Below are positions 9,537 through 19,235 of a DNA stretch of 64,000 bases, one piece after another; positions within the stretch are counted from its first letter, which is position 1, and the number at the start of each line of letters is the position of its first letter. Source of the stretch: Rhodoferax sp. (lineage in GTDB: Bacteria; Pseudomonadota; Gammaproteobacteria; Burkholderiales; Burkholderiaceae_C); NCBI GenBank assembly GCA_040400575.1, contig JBBAPX010000009.1, positions 46,334-110,333 on the forward strand. The letters run 5' to 3'. The notes beneath the pieces were generated by a model. The model did not search any database. It was given only the letters and a program-made list of their open reading frames with translations, and was not told the origin of the DNA. A program made the position numbers and the translations under genes.

Positions 9537-10229
9537 TCAGCCTAAAGTACGGCCAAAGAAATGCAGCGTCCGGTCCCAAGCCTGTTGTGCCCACACCGGG
9601 TCGTATTGGGTGGTCGGGGTGCGTGCCGGTCCTACGGCTGTTTCGTTGGCAAACGCGTGGTGCGCCAGGTAGCGGTGGAATTCAAAATCCACTTTGGCTG
9701 CGCTTAGCTTGTCTTCCAAGGCATCAATGGTGGCGATTTTGAAAAACTCATCTTGCGTGGCCCAGTGGCCCATCAGGGGTGTACGGATTTTGCCCGCGTC
9801 GATGTAGTCCAGCGGCGGGCAGCCGTACCAAACAACGCCGGCGTCGATTTCTGGCGATTGGGTGAGCGAGAGCAAGGTCAGCGCACCGCCCATGCAAAAG
9901 CCGGTTACGCCGACTTTGGCACTGCGTCCTTTGAGGAATTGCACTGCACCGCGAATGTCCTGCGATGCGGCATCGCCAAAGTCCAGTGCGCTCATCAAGT
10001 GGTGCGCCTCTTCGGCTTCTACGGTGGATTTGCCCCGGTACAGGTCGGGCACCAATGCCTGAAAGCCGGCAATGGCAAGGCGATCTGCGACGCCGCGAAT
10101 TTGGTCATTGAGTCCCCACCACTCCTGGATGACCACAATGGCCGGGGCCTGGGTTTTGCCCGCAGGCTGGGCCAAGTAGCCCTGCAATGCTTTGCCGTCG
10201 GGGCGCTGGAAGTTGACGATGTGGCCCAT
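9537..10229 (-). CDS. Dienelactone hydrolase family protein
   Basis: QEWWGL, GFCMGG nucleophile motif, HAFANE. Confidence 0.92.
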   Translation of the reverse strand: MGHIVNFQRPDGKALQGYLAQPAGKTQAPAIVVIQEWWGLNDQIRGVADRLAIAGFQALVPDLYRGKSTVEAEEAHHLMSALDFGDAASQDIRGAVQFLKGRSAKVGVTGFCMGGALTLLSLTQSPEIDAGVVWYGCPPLDYIDAGKIRTPLMGHWATQDEFFKIATIDALEDKLSAAKVDFEFHRYLAHHAFANETAVGPARTPTTQYDPVWAQQAWDRTLHFFGRTLG

Positions 10230-10392
10230 TGGTTTCTCCTCGTGAATGGGGGCATCTTAGCGCCCCAAACCCGCAGGGTTTCCAAGCCAACGGGTGCATG
10301 CGGTCACCGGCCTCCTGTATATTGCTGAGGCCCCAGAGGCCAAGCCTGCAAGCCAAGTGCAGAACCAAAAATGCAACCGTAGAAATATCACT

Positions 10393-11283
10393 ATGCAACG
10401 CAAATCCGCCCAAGACTTTGATCAAGAACTCTTAATTTTGTTTGATGCCTATGTCCACGGCACCATCGACCGGCGTGGGTTTTTGCAAGCCGCGCAAAAG
10501 TTTGCAGTCGGGGGGGCCACGGCAGCCGGACTGCTGGCGGCTTTAAGCCCGGACTTTGCGATCGGTCAGGTAGTGGCCAAAGACGATGCGCGCATCCGCA
10601 GCGAGTGGGTGGAGTTCGCGTCCCCCAAAGGTTCAGGCACGGTGCGAGCCTATGTGACGCGGCCGGCCGGGGCCAGCGGCAAATTGCCCGCGGTGCTCGT
10701 CGCCCATGAAAACCGGGGACTGAATCCGCACATCGAAGACATCGCGCGGCGCCTAGCGTTGGCCGGTTATATGGCGTTTGCGCCCGATGCGCTCACGCCA
10801 CTGGGTGGCTATCCCGGCGATGAGGATAAGGCGCGCCAACTGTTCGGGCAGCTAGACCAGGCCAAGACCCAAGAGGATTTTGTAGCTGCTGCCGGCGTGC
10901 TGGCCAGCCGCAGCGATGCCAACAGCAGGATGGGGGTGGTGGGTTTTTGCTGGGGCGGTGGCATGGCGCACCGCTTGGCTACGCGCTTGCCACAACTGGC
11001 CGCCGCCGTGCCTTTTTATGGCGACGTGCCCGCGGCCAGCGAAGCGGTCAAGGTCAAGGCGCCGCTCCTGCTGCACTTCGCAGGCACCGACGACCGGATT
11101 AACAAAGCCTGGCCACCTTACGAAGAGGCTTTGAAGGCAGCAGGTGTGACTATGACGGTGCACGACTACCCGGGCACACAACACGGCTTTAACAATGACA
11201 CTACGCCGCGCTTTGACGCAGCGGCCGCCGCCCAGGCCTGGGAGCGCACGCTGGCATTTTTCGCCAAGACACTGCGGGCCTGA
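10393..11283 (+). CDS. Dienelactone hydrolase family, YghX-like
   Basis: FDAYVHGTIDRRGFL N-terminus, HENRGLNPHIED, GFCWGG, HGFNND; start re-called to 10393. Confidence 0.9.
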   Translation: MQRKSAQDFDQELLILFDAYVHGTIDRRGFLQAAQKFAVGGATAAGLLAALSPDFAIGQVVAKDDARIRSEWVEFASPKGSGTVRAYVTRPAGASGKLPAVLVAHENRGLNPHIEDIARRLALAGYMAFAPDALTPLGGYPGDEDKARQLFGQLDQAKTQEDFVAAAGVLASRSDANSRMGVVGFCWGGGMAHRLATRLPQLAAAVPFYGDVPAASEAVKVKAPLLLHFAGTDDRINKAWPPYEEALKAAGVTMTVHDYPGTQHGFNNDTTPRFDAAAAAQAWERTLAFFAKTLRA

Positions 11284-11291
11284 GTGCGCTT

Positions 11292-13535
11292 TTAGGCCAG
11301 CAAAAAACCTTCGTGGCTGAAGGGCGTGCGGCGCAGACGCACGCCGGTGGCGGCAGCGATGGCGTTGGCAATGGCCGGCGTGATGGGCCCGTAAGGCGGC
11401 TCGCCGAATCCGCCCCAGACCTCGCCGCCGCTGGGCACCATCACGGACTCAATAACAGGTGTTTGGCGCAGCTGCACCAAGGGGTAGTCAGCCAAATTGT
11501 TTTGCGTCACCCGCCCGTCCTGGATATTGATCTCGTTCATAAAAATACTGGACAAGGCATAGACCACATTGCCTTCAATTTGCGCCCGCGCCGAATCGAT
11601 ATTGGCAATCTGGCCGCTGTCCATCGCGATGGTGATGCGGTGTAGCGTCACCGTCTTTTGCTTTGACACCGACAACTCCACCACGCAGGCGGCAAAGCTG
11701 CCATAAGAGTCCTGCACCGCCAGCCCTTGAAAGCGCCCCGGCGCCAGCTTGGCACCCCAATTACCTGCCCGGGCTGCAGCTTCGAGCACTTTGCGATCGC
11801 GTCCGCCTGCGGGAAGTAGCTCTAGGCGACCAAGCAATGCGTCTTTGCCGGCGGTCTGTAACACTTCGTCTAAAAAGCTCTCGCGTGCGAAGGGGTTTTG
11901 CGAGTGAAACACCGAACGCCAAAAGCCCACCGGCACATTGATCTGGCAAATACCATGGCGCAGGTCCAGGTTGGCCACTTGGTAAGGCATGTCGTGAAAG
12001 GATTCCCCAGCCTGAAAGTCCTGCCCGTTTTTCAGCGATGCGGGACGGATTTTTTCCATGATCGATTGCGAGGCCATCCGCGCCTGCCAGCCCAGCACAC
12101 GCCCGTCTTTGCTCACCACGGCGCGTTGGCGGTACAGCGCCGCAGGCCGGTAAAAGTCGTGCTGCATATCCTCTTCACGCGACCAGAGCAGTTGCACCGG
12201 CGTGCCGCCCATCTCTCGGGCGATCAGCACCGCCTGGCGTACATAGTCTTGCGATGCGCCGCGCCGCCCGTAACCTCCGCCCAGGTACGGCCGGTGCACG
12301 GTGACGTTCCCCACCGGCAAGCCCAGCGTTTTAGCCGCTTCGTTGAGGCTAGCTTCGGCGCTTTGGGTAGGCGCCCAGACTTCGGCTAAATCGCCTTTCA
12401 CCCAGGCCGTGCAGTTTTGCGGCTCAAGAGTGAAGTGGTTTAGGTAGGGCGTGAAATAGTCCGCCTCCACCGTTTTGTAATCTGCCGCTTGCGCGCCTGT
12501 AGCAGTGGCCCAAGTGGCTTCGAAATCGCCTTCGCTGCGCAGGCTGCGCGCGGCCAACACCCCGGCTTGCAGGGTTTGTGCAATCGCCTGGTCGTCCAGC
12601 TTTTCGTTACCCCGGTAGTCCCACACCACTTTGACTGCCTTGAGTGCTTGCTGTGCACGCCACCAGTTGTCGGCCACGACGGCCACGAAGTCCGGTCCGG
12701 TGACTACTTTTTTGATGCCGCGCCGGCTCATGGCCGCCGTGCCATCCACCGATTTGGGCACGCCGCCGAAAACCGGGCATTGTGCGATGGCGGCGTACAG
12801 CATGCCCGGTACGCGTACATCGGTGCCATAAATAGCGCTGCCGTCGCACTTGGCTGGAATATCAAAGCGCTTCAGTGGCTTGCCGATCAGCGTCCATTGG
12901 TCCGGGCTTTTGAGCACGATGTCGCTGGGCGCTTTTTGTTGTGCGGCGGATGTGGCCAGTTCGCCAAAGCTGGCGCTGCGTTTGCTGGCGGCGTGGCTGA
13001 CTTTGCCTTGCTTGGCCACTAGCTCGCCCACCGGCACGCCCCAGCGCTGCGCGGCTGCCAGTTTGAGCATTTCGCGCGCAGTGGCACCGGCCTTGCGCAT
13101 GACCAACTGCGAGCCGCGCGTGCCCTGGCTGCCGCCGGTGCTAAAGGTGATATAGACCCTGTTGCGCGCGATGTGTTCGTTGACCGAGGCGAATTCCATA
13201 CGCACATCGTCCCAGCGGCATTCCAGTTCTTCGGCCAGCATCATGGGCAGGCTGGTGCTGGTGCCCTGGCCCATCTCGGAACGCGATACCTGGCAGAACA
13301 CGCGGTTGTCGGGGCTGATACGTATCCAGGCATTGATGTCGGCTGCGCCTGCTTGCGGGCCGTCGGTGGCTAGTTTGTCCGCTACCGCGGGGGGCAGGTA
13401 AAAGCCCAGACTCAGACCGCCAGACCAGGCGGCCACGGCGCCTGAACTGGTCTGCTTTAAAAAGCCACGGCGCGATGCCTTGACCGGCTCGCTCTGAAGC
13501 GGCTTAGCTTTAGCGAAAGAGGTTTGGATAGTCAT
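11292..13535 (-). CDS. Molybdopterin-binding subunit, isoquinoline 1-oxidoreductase beta (IorB)-like
   Basis: Tat-like SRRGFLK, SEMGQG, TGGS, LGGGYGRR, GGFGEPP. Confidence 0.9.
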   Translation of the reverse strand: MTIQTSFAKAKPLQSEPVKASRRGFLKQTSSGAVAAWSGGLSLGFYLPPAVADKLATDGPQAGAADINAWIRISPDNRVFCQVSRSEMGQGTSTSLPMMLAEELECRWDDVRMEFASVNEHIARNRVYITFSTGGSQGTRGSQLVMRKAGATAREMLKLAAAQRWGVPVGELVAKQGKVSHAASKRSASFGELATSAAQQKAPSDIVLKSPDQWTLIGKPLKRFDIPAKCDGSAIYGTDVRVPGMLYAAIAQCPVFGGVPKSVDGTAAMSRRGIKKVVTGPDFVAVVADNWWRAQQALKAVKVVWDYRGNEKLDDQAIAQTLQAGVLAARSLRSEGDFEATWATATGAQAADYKTVEADYFTPYLNHFTLEPQNCTAWVKGDLAEVWAPTQSAEASLNEAAKTLGLPVGNVTVHRPYLGGGYGRRGASQDYVRQAVLIAREMGGTPVQLLWSREEDMQHDFYRPAALYRQRAVVSKDGRVLGWQARMASQSIMEKIRPASLKNGQDFQAGESFHDMPYQVANLDLRHGICQINVPVGFWRSVFHSQNPFARESFLDEVLQTAGKDALLGRLELLPAGGRDRKVLEAAARAGNWGAKLAPGRFQGLAVQDSYGSFAACVVELSVSKQKTVTLHRITIAMDSGQIANIDSARAQIEGNVVYALSSIFMNEINIQDGRVTQNNLADYPLVQLRQTPVIESVMVPSGGEVWGGFGEPPYGPITPAIANAIAAATGVRLRRTPFSHEGFLLA

Positions 13536-13547
13536 GTTCACCTCGGC

Positions 13548-13985
13548 TCAGATTTTGGCTGCGGCTTTAATGGCCGACTTGATGCGCGGGTAGGTACCGC
13601 AGCGGCACAAATTGGTAATCGCCGCGTCGATGTCCGCATCCGTGGGACGCGGTTTGCGGGCCAGCAGGGCGGTGGCCGCCATCAACATGCCGGACTGGCA
13701 GTAGCCGCATTGCGGTACCTGTTTTTCAATCCAGGCTTTTTGCAGCGCGGACTTGCCGCCCAGGCCCTCGATGGTGGTGACTTTGCGCCCGCTAACGACT
13801 GCCACCGGGATGCCGCATGCGCGTACCGGCTCGCCGTCGAGCAGCACGGTACAGGCGCCGCATTGCGCCACGCCACAGCCGTATTTGGTGCCCGTGAGGC
13901 CCACTTCATTACGGATGGCCCACAGCAAGGGCATGTCGGGTTCAACATCTAAGTCCACGGCCTTGCCGTTGAGTTTGAATTGCAT
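13548..13985 (-). CDS. (2Fe-2S)-binding subunit, IorA-like
   Basis: [32 protein letters not shown]. Confidence 0.95.
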   Translation of the reverse strand: MQFKLNGKAVDLDVEPDMPLLWAIRNEVGLTGTKYGCGVAQCGACTVLLDGEPVRACGIPVAVVSGRKVTTIEGLGGKSALQKAWIEKQVPQCGYCQSGMLMAATALLARKPRPTDADIDAAITNLCRCGTYPRIKSAIKAAAKI

Positions 13986-14160
13986 CGCTGAGTCTCCAGC
14001 ACACCCTAGGCAGAGACCCTGCCATTAAGCTTGGTGTGCACGCCGAGCATAAAGTAAATTCATGACCGTGCGGGTAGCGGCGAATTCCAGCCCGCTAGGG
14101 TTTAGGTGATTCAGCTGTGCATCGTCGCGCACAAGCTGATGCGGACGCTGCGTCAATCGC

Positions 14161-14748
14161 TTAGCCGGGGCGCGGCGCCTCTTTACGCTCCAGCATCCCG
14201 TAATCGCGCACCACGCGAAACGCTCGGGCGCTTTGCAGGCCCGGCACTTGGCCCCAGGCAAGCACGCTGGCTTGCGCCTGGCTGCGGCTGCTGGCCTCTT
14301 GCAGACTGATATACGCGCCCTGGTGGTTCACACTTTCAAAACCGGCCTTGGCCGGTACTTGACCGTCGGTGGCCTGGCTATATGCGGCGATCACAAAGCG
14401 ACCTCCGTCGGGTGCCTCTAGCTTGTCTTGCGCCGCATCACTGAATTGGCCATCGACCCATTGGCACACCAAGCTAGCCACGCGGATGCGGTAGTCGGCA
14501 AAGTGTGTGTAGCGCCCGGCCTGCTGCGATTGCAGGTGCAAACTGTCGCGTCGCCAGGCCAGGATGGCGGCCTCGTCAAGCCAGTGCTGGTGCGACAGCA
14601 AGACCGCGTCGTCGCTCAGCGAGCGGTAGCGGTCTAAAAACAAGAGTCCCTGGTGCCGGGCCAAGGCCGGGCGCAGTCGGTCCACATGCTCGAAGTAATG
14701 CGGCAAGTGCCCCGGTTTGGGGCGGACTTCGAAAAATAGAGCGTACAT
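14161..14748 (-). CDS. Antibiotic biosynthesis monooxygenase (ABM)-family protein
   Basis: MYALFFEV.P, LSHQHWLDE, HLQSQQAGR...FADYRIRV, RVVRDYGM..R.EAP. Confidence 0.75.
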   Translation of the reverse strand: MYALFFEVRPKPGHLPHYFEHVDRLRPALARHQGLLFLDRYRSLSDDAVLLSHQHWLDEAAILAWRRDSLHLQSQQAGRYTHFADYRIRVASLVCQWVDGQFSDAAQDKLEAPDGGRFVIAAYSQATDGQVPAKAGFESVNHQGAYISLQEASSRSQAQASVLAWGQVPGLQSARAFRVVRDYGMLERKEAPRPG

Positions 14749-14851
14749 GGCGGCCTTGCGTTTAGAGAGCGCATTGTGCGCTACCGGTGCGCTGCATGCG
14801 GCCTGGATGCTGCTGGTGGTGTGGGCGCGGCGTTCGAGGCGTGTCTGGGAG

Positions 14852-15316
14852 CTAAATCACTTTGTTCGAAGAGGTGCCGTGCGCCTGGCATAGGTAGTTG
14901 ATGCGTAACTCGCCTGGCGTGCCGGGCCGCACCGCGCTAAAGCGCAGGGTATCAATCGGTTGCGCGTCTTCCTGGTACACCGGTGCGCTGGTCGATTCCT
15001 TATCGCTGAAATAGGTGTTGCCGGTAAAGGCAATGGTGCGGCGCTCGCAGTCAATAAAGTTCAGGTAGGTGGTGGACTGGTAGCCGGTATTGTTGGGCCC
15101 GTATTGCATGGTGGACCAGGCAGTGCGCAAGCGCGCTCGGAGCAAATTGGATTCAATCACGATGCTGCTCGGGTCCACATACCAGTAGGTGATTTTCGTG
15201 TGGTCGCTGCTGGTGGTAATCAACTTCCACTGCGTCGCATAGGCTGCGCCGCTTAGGCCGCAGCACAGCGCCACATACGCAGCCCCTTGTTTTAGCAGCG
15301 TCTTCAAAAATATCAT
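14852..15316 (-). CDS. Small secreted protein, surface-adhesin E-like family
   Basis: Signal peptide ending AYA; WYVDPSSI and FIDC..R motifs, C-terminal Cys; ATGA overlap with upstream acyl-CoA dehydrogenase. Confidence 0.55.
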   Translation of the reverse strand: MIFLKTLLKQGAAYVALCCGLSGAAYATQWKLITTSSDHTKITYWYVDPSSIVIESNLLRARLRTAWSTMQYGPNNTGYQSTTYLNFIDCERRTIAFTGNTYFSDKESTSAPVYQEDAQPIDTLRFSAVRPGTPGELRINYLCQAHGTSSNKVI

Positions 15317-16494
15317 TGCTTGGGCGGCCTCTTGGCAATGCCCATGATTTTGGACAGGATGCCCAGCATCACTTCATCCGCCCCGCCGCCAATAGAACCC
15401 AAGCGCCCGTCGCGGTAGGCGCGGGATATACGGGTTTCGTAGGAATAGCCCATGCCGCCCCAGAACTGCAGGCAGCCGTCTGTCACGTTGCGGTTCAAGC
15501 GTCCGCCCATCAGTTTTGCCATGCTGGCCAGCTCGGTCACGTCTTGGCCTTGCACATACAACTCACAGGCGCGGTAGGTCAGGGCGCGCAGGGCTTCCAC
15601 GTCGGTTTTCATTTCGGCCAGCTTGAACTGCACCCACTGCTGATCGGCCAGCGTGGCGCCAAAGAGTTTGCGCTCTTGGGCGTAGGCAATGGTGTCTTCA
15701 ATGCAATTGTTCAGGCCTTGCAAAGTGCTGGCTGCGGCCCACAGGCGTTCTTCCTGGAACTGCTGCATTTGGTAAATAAAGCCCTGGCCTTCGCCGCCGA
15801 TACGGTTGCGCTGGGGTACGCGCACTTCGTCAAAATAAATCAGGCCGGTGTCACTGCTGTTCATGCCGATCTTGCGGATTTTTTTTGCCACTTCGATGCC
15901 CGGCGTCAGCTTGCCGCCACGCCCCTCGCGCATGGGCACCATCACCAGGCTCTTATTTTTGTGCGCTGGGCCTTCGCCGGTGTTGACCAGCATGCACATC
16001 CAATCGGCTTGCAGGCTGTTGGTGATCCACATTTTTTGGCCGCTGATGATGTAGTCGTCCCCGTCTTTGCGTGCATGGCTTTTTATGGCCGATACGTCAC
16101 TGCCCGCGCCCGGCTCGGACACGCCGATGCAGCCCACCATATCGCCCGCAATGGCTGGCACTAAGAACTCTGCGCAGAGTTCGGGGCTGCCAAAGCGCGC
16201 CAACGCCGGGCTACACATATCGGTTTGCACGCCGATGGCCATGGGCACGCCACCGCAGTGAATATGGCCCAGGGTTTCGGCCATGGCCAGGCTGTAGCTG
16301 TAGTCCAGTCCCGCGCCGCCGTAAGCCTCGGGCTTGGTCAGGCCCAAAAGGCCTAAATTGCCCAGCTTTTTAAACACCTCATGCGCCGGGAAAATCCCAG
16401 CTTCTTCCCATTCGTCCACATGGGGGTTGATGTCTTCGTCAATCAGGCGCTTGAGGGTTTTTTGGATTTCGCGGTGTTCGTGGGTGAATTGCAT
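15313..16494 (-). CDS. Acyl-CoA dehydrogenase, citronellyl-CoA dehydrogenase (AtuD)-like
   Basis: GVSEPGAGSDV, GQKMWITN, QFQEERL, SIGGGADEVM. Confidence 0.88.
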   Translation of the reverse strand: MQFTHEHREIQKTLKRLIDEDINPHVDEWEEAGIFPAHEVFKKLGNLGLLGLTKPEAYGGAGLDYSYSLAMAETLGHIHCGGVPMAIGVQTDMCSPALARFGSPELCAEFLVPAIAGDMVGCIGVSEPGAGSDVSAIKSHARKDGDDYIISGQKMWITNSLQADWMCMLVNTGEGPAHKNKSLVMVPMREGRGGKLTPGIEVAKKIRKIGMNSSDTGLIYFDEVRVPQRNRIGGEGQGFIYQMQQFQEERLWAAASTLQGLNNCIEDTIAYAQERKLFGATLADQQWVQFKLAEMKTDVEALRALTYRACELYVQGQDVTELASMAKLMGGRLNRNVTDGCLQFWGGMGYSYETRISRAYRDGRLGSIGGGADEVMLGILSKIMGIAKRPPKQ

Positions 16495-16525
16495 GGTGTC
16501 TCCAGGGGCAAAAATACAAAGAGGT

Positions 16526-17392
16526 TTAAGCCGCCGCGCGCAGCCCTAAGCGGATGCGGGCTTCGGCGGGGGAGGCGATATCGCGGCCGGCATTGCGGGC
16601 GCAGCGGGCCAGGGCTTCTATGAGTGCGCCGTTGCCGCTGGCGCGTGCGCCATCGGGCAGATAAAAAGTGTCTTCCAGGCCGGTGCGCAGCATGCCACCC
16701 AAATCGGCCGTGGCCTGGTGCACCGGCCAGATTTCCTGGCGGCCAATCAGCGTACTTTGCCAGGTGACGCCCGGGTCAATTTGCTTGCACAACCAGGCCA
16801 GTAATTGGGCATCTGCCGGCATGCCCGAATCGACGCCCATGACAAAGTTGTAGTCGAGGTGGTCCGTCATGCCAGCTTTTTTGAACATGGCTACCGAGCG
16901 CACAATGCCCACGTCAAAGCATTCAAACTCGGGCATGGTGCCGGTCTCGTGCATCACGTCCAAAAAGGCCTTGACTTTGTCCACCGGGTTGTCAAACACC
17001 ATAGGTGGCCAGGCCCAGCGGCCGTCAGACCGGATCTTTAAGTAGTTGAGCGTCCCGGCATTGCAAGCCGCGATTTCGGGTCGCACGCGACGTATGCAGG
17101 CCAGCGGCCCGGTAATGTCTTTGCCCACTACGCCGGTCGTCAGGTTGATGATGACCCCGGGGCAGGCCGCACGTATCGCCTCGGTCACTTCCCACACCAC
17201 CTCCGGGTCCCACGAAGGCATATGACCCATGCCTTCTTCCTGGCGGCGTATGTGCACATGCATGATGGACGCGCCCGCCTCAAAAGCGGCTTTGGCTTCG
17301 GCGGCCATTTGCGCGGGCGTGACGGGCACCGGGTGTTGCTTGGGGTCAGTCAGCACGCCGGTCAGCGCGCAGGTGAGAATGGCTTTTTCCAT
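16526..17392 (-). CDS. Beta-keto acid cleavage enzyme (BKACE/DUF849)
   Basis: ILTCALTG, metal-binding HVH, RTGLED, FYLPDG. Confidence 0.9.
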   Translation of the reverse strand: MEKAILTCALTGVLTDPKQHPVPVTPAQMAAEAKAAFEAGASIMHVHIRRQEEGMGHMPSWDPEVVWEVTEAIRAACPGVIINLTTGVVGKDITGPLACIRRVRPEIAACNAGTLNYLKIRSDGRWAWPPMVFDNPVDKVKAFLDVMHETGTMPEFECFDVGIVRSVAMFKKAGMTDHLDYNFVMGVDSGMPADAQLLAWLCKQIDPGVTWQSTLIGRQEIWPVHQATADLGGMLRTGLEDTFYLPDGARASGNGALIEALARCARNAGRDIASPAEARIRLGLRAAA

Positions 17393-17403
17393 GGTGCGTG
17401 TCC

Positions 17404-18555
17404 TTAAATATTCAATTGGCGCGCCGCCAGTTCTTTCATGATTTCTTCGGCTCCCCCGCCAATCGTCATGACCTTGACTTCACGGTAAATGCGCTCGCAG
17501 GCACTGCCGCGCATATAGCCCATGCCACCCAAAATCTGTACGCCCTGATCGGCGCAAAACTGCATGGTTTGGGTGGACTGGTTTTTTAGCATGCAGACCT
17601 CGGCGACCCAGGCCGGGCCGGTATCGCCGGCATCGGCTTGCACCGACAGCTTGTCCAGCCAGGCGCGGCTGGCCTCAATGCGCATGCGCATGTCCACCAG
17701 CTTGTGGCGCAGCACCTGGTGGCCAGTCAGCGACTGTCCAAATGTCTTGCGCTCGCGCGCCCAGGCCAGCGCTTCGTCGTAGCAGGCCTCGGCCATACCG
17801 ATGGCGGTGGCCGACATGCCCAGCCGCTCGCCATTGAAATTGCCCATGATGATTTTGAAGCCCTTGTTTTCCTCGCCGAGCAAGTGGCCCACCGGCACGC
17901 GCACATTGTCAAAGTGCAGGCTGGCGGTATCCGAGCAATGCCAGCCCATTTTGTGCAGCTTGGTGCGCGAAAGGCCTGGCGCATCGCCCGGTACGGCAAG
18001 CATAGAAATACCGCCTGCGCCTTTGTTGTCGGCATCGGTACGTACTGCCAGGCTAATCCAGTCAAAGCGCATGCCCGAGGTGATATAGGTTTTCTCGCCG
18101 TTGATGATGTAGTGATCGCCCTCGCGCCGCGCACTGGTGCGCAAATTGGCCACATCCGAACCGCCACCCGGCTCGGTAATGCCCAACGCAGCAATTTTTT
18201 CGCCGGCTAAAACTTTCGGCACGATGGCTTGCTTTAAGGCCGCACTGCCGTAGTGAATGATGGGTGGCAGGCCGATGCTGTTGCTGCCCAGGCTGGCCAG
18301 CAGGCCGCCGCTGGCGGTATAGCGCGCTACCGCTACGCCGAAGGCGTTGCGCAGCGTCCAGGGGGCGGCAATGCCACCGAGTTCCTCCGGATAGCCCATC
18401 GCCATCCACCCCAGATCGGCCCAGCGCCTGTATATGCCGCGCGGAAATTCGCCCGCCGCCTCCCAGGCCTCCAAGTGCGGCGCTACCTCGGTCTGCGCAA
18501 AACGGCGCACTTGCTCCAGCATAAGTTCGATGTCAGCAGGGTTCACAGGGTTCAT
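17404..18555 (-). CDS. Acyl-CoA dehydrogenase
   Basis: GITEPGGGSDV, GEKTYITSG, FNGERL, IGGGAEEIM. Confidence 0.92.
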   Translation of the reverse strand: MNPVNPADIELMLEQVRRFAQTEVAPHLEAWEAAGEFPRGIYRRWADLGWMAMGYPEELGGIAAPWTLRNAFGVAVARYTASGGLLASLGSNSIGLPPIIHYGSAALKQAIVPKVLAGEKIAALGITEPGGGSDVANLRTSARREGDHYIINGEKTYITSGMRFDWISLAVRTDADNKGAGGISMLAVPGDAPGLSRTKLHKMGWHCSDTASLHFDNVRVPVGHLLGEENKGFKIIMGNFNGERLGMSATAIGMAEACYDEALAWARERKTFGQSLTGHQVLRHKLVDMRMRIEASRAWLDKLSVQADAGDTGPAWVAEVCMLKNQSTQTMQFCADQGVQILGGMGYMRGSACERIYREVKVMTIGGGAEEIMKELAARQLNI

Positions 18556-18617
18556 GCAGGCTTCCTAGGGGTCGGTTCAATGTGTTGGGTCGACGATGCA
18601 AGACTTTTTACTTGCGT

Positions 18618-19235
18618 TTATACGCCCAAAGCCCGCGCCCGGACCAGGGCAGGGCGCGCCAATAGGCGGGCCAGATAGTCTTGTACGTGGGGCGCGTATT
18701 GCGCCCCCATGTCCAGACCGGGGGTGGTGCCCAAAAACAGGGCATAGCCAATGCAAATATCGGCGATGGTGAAGCGCCCGTCGCACAGAAACTCTCGGTC
18801 TTGCAAATGCGCGTTAAGCATGCGCAGTCGCGCCAGGTACCATTTTTTGTAGTCGTCTACGGCCTGGGGTAGTTTGCGCGGCGGGGGCTCCATGATCCCG
18901 TAGCGCAGCGCCACGGTTTGTGGAAAGGTGAGGGTGGCGTCGCTGTGAAACAGCCAATTGGTATAGCTGCCGAATTCCGGGTGGTCGGGCTTCAGGCCAA
19001 ATTCATGTTTGCCGTAGCGCTCGACCAAGTAGTGGCAGATACCGCTGGACTCAGTCATGTGCGTGTCGCCATCGACCAAATAGGGAATCGTGCCCAGCGG
19101 GTTCAAGCCCAGGAATTCTTTTTTGAATACACGCGGCGGAAAGGGCAGTACTTCTAACTCGTAGGGCAAGCCCATTTCCTCCAAGGCCCACAAGGGGCGC
19201 AGCGAGCGCGCGTCGACGCAGTGGTAGAGCTTCAT
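18618..19235 (-). CDS. Glutathione S-transferase family protein
   Basis: RSLRPLWALEE, NPLGTIP, TESSGI, FTIADI; ATGA overlap with carboxylase alpha. Confidence 0.9.
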   Translation of the reverse strand: MKLYHCVDARSLRPLWALEEMGLPYELEVLPFPPRVFKKEFLGLNPLGTIPYLVDGDTHMTESSGICHYLVERYGKHEFGLKPDHPEFGSYTNWLFHSDATLTFPQTVALRYGIMEPPPRKLPQAVDDYKKWYLARLRMLNAHLQDREFLCDGRFTIADICIGYALFLGTTPGLDMGAQYAPHVQDYLARLLARPALVRARALGV

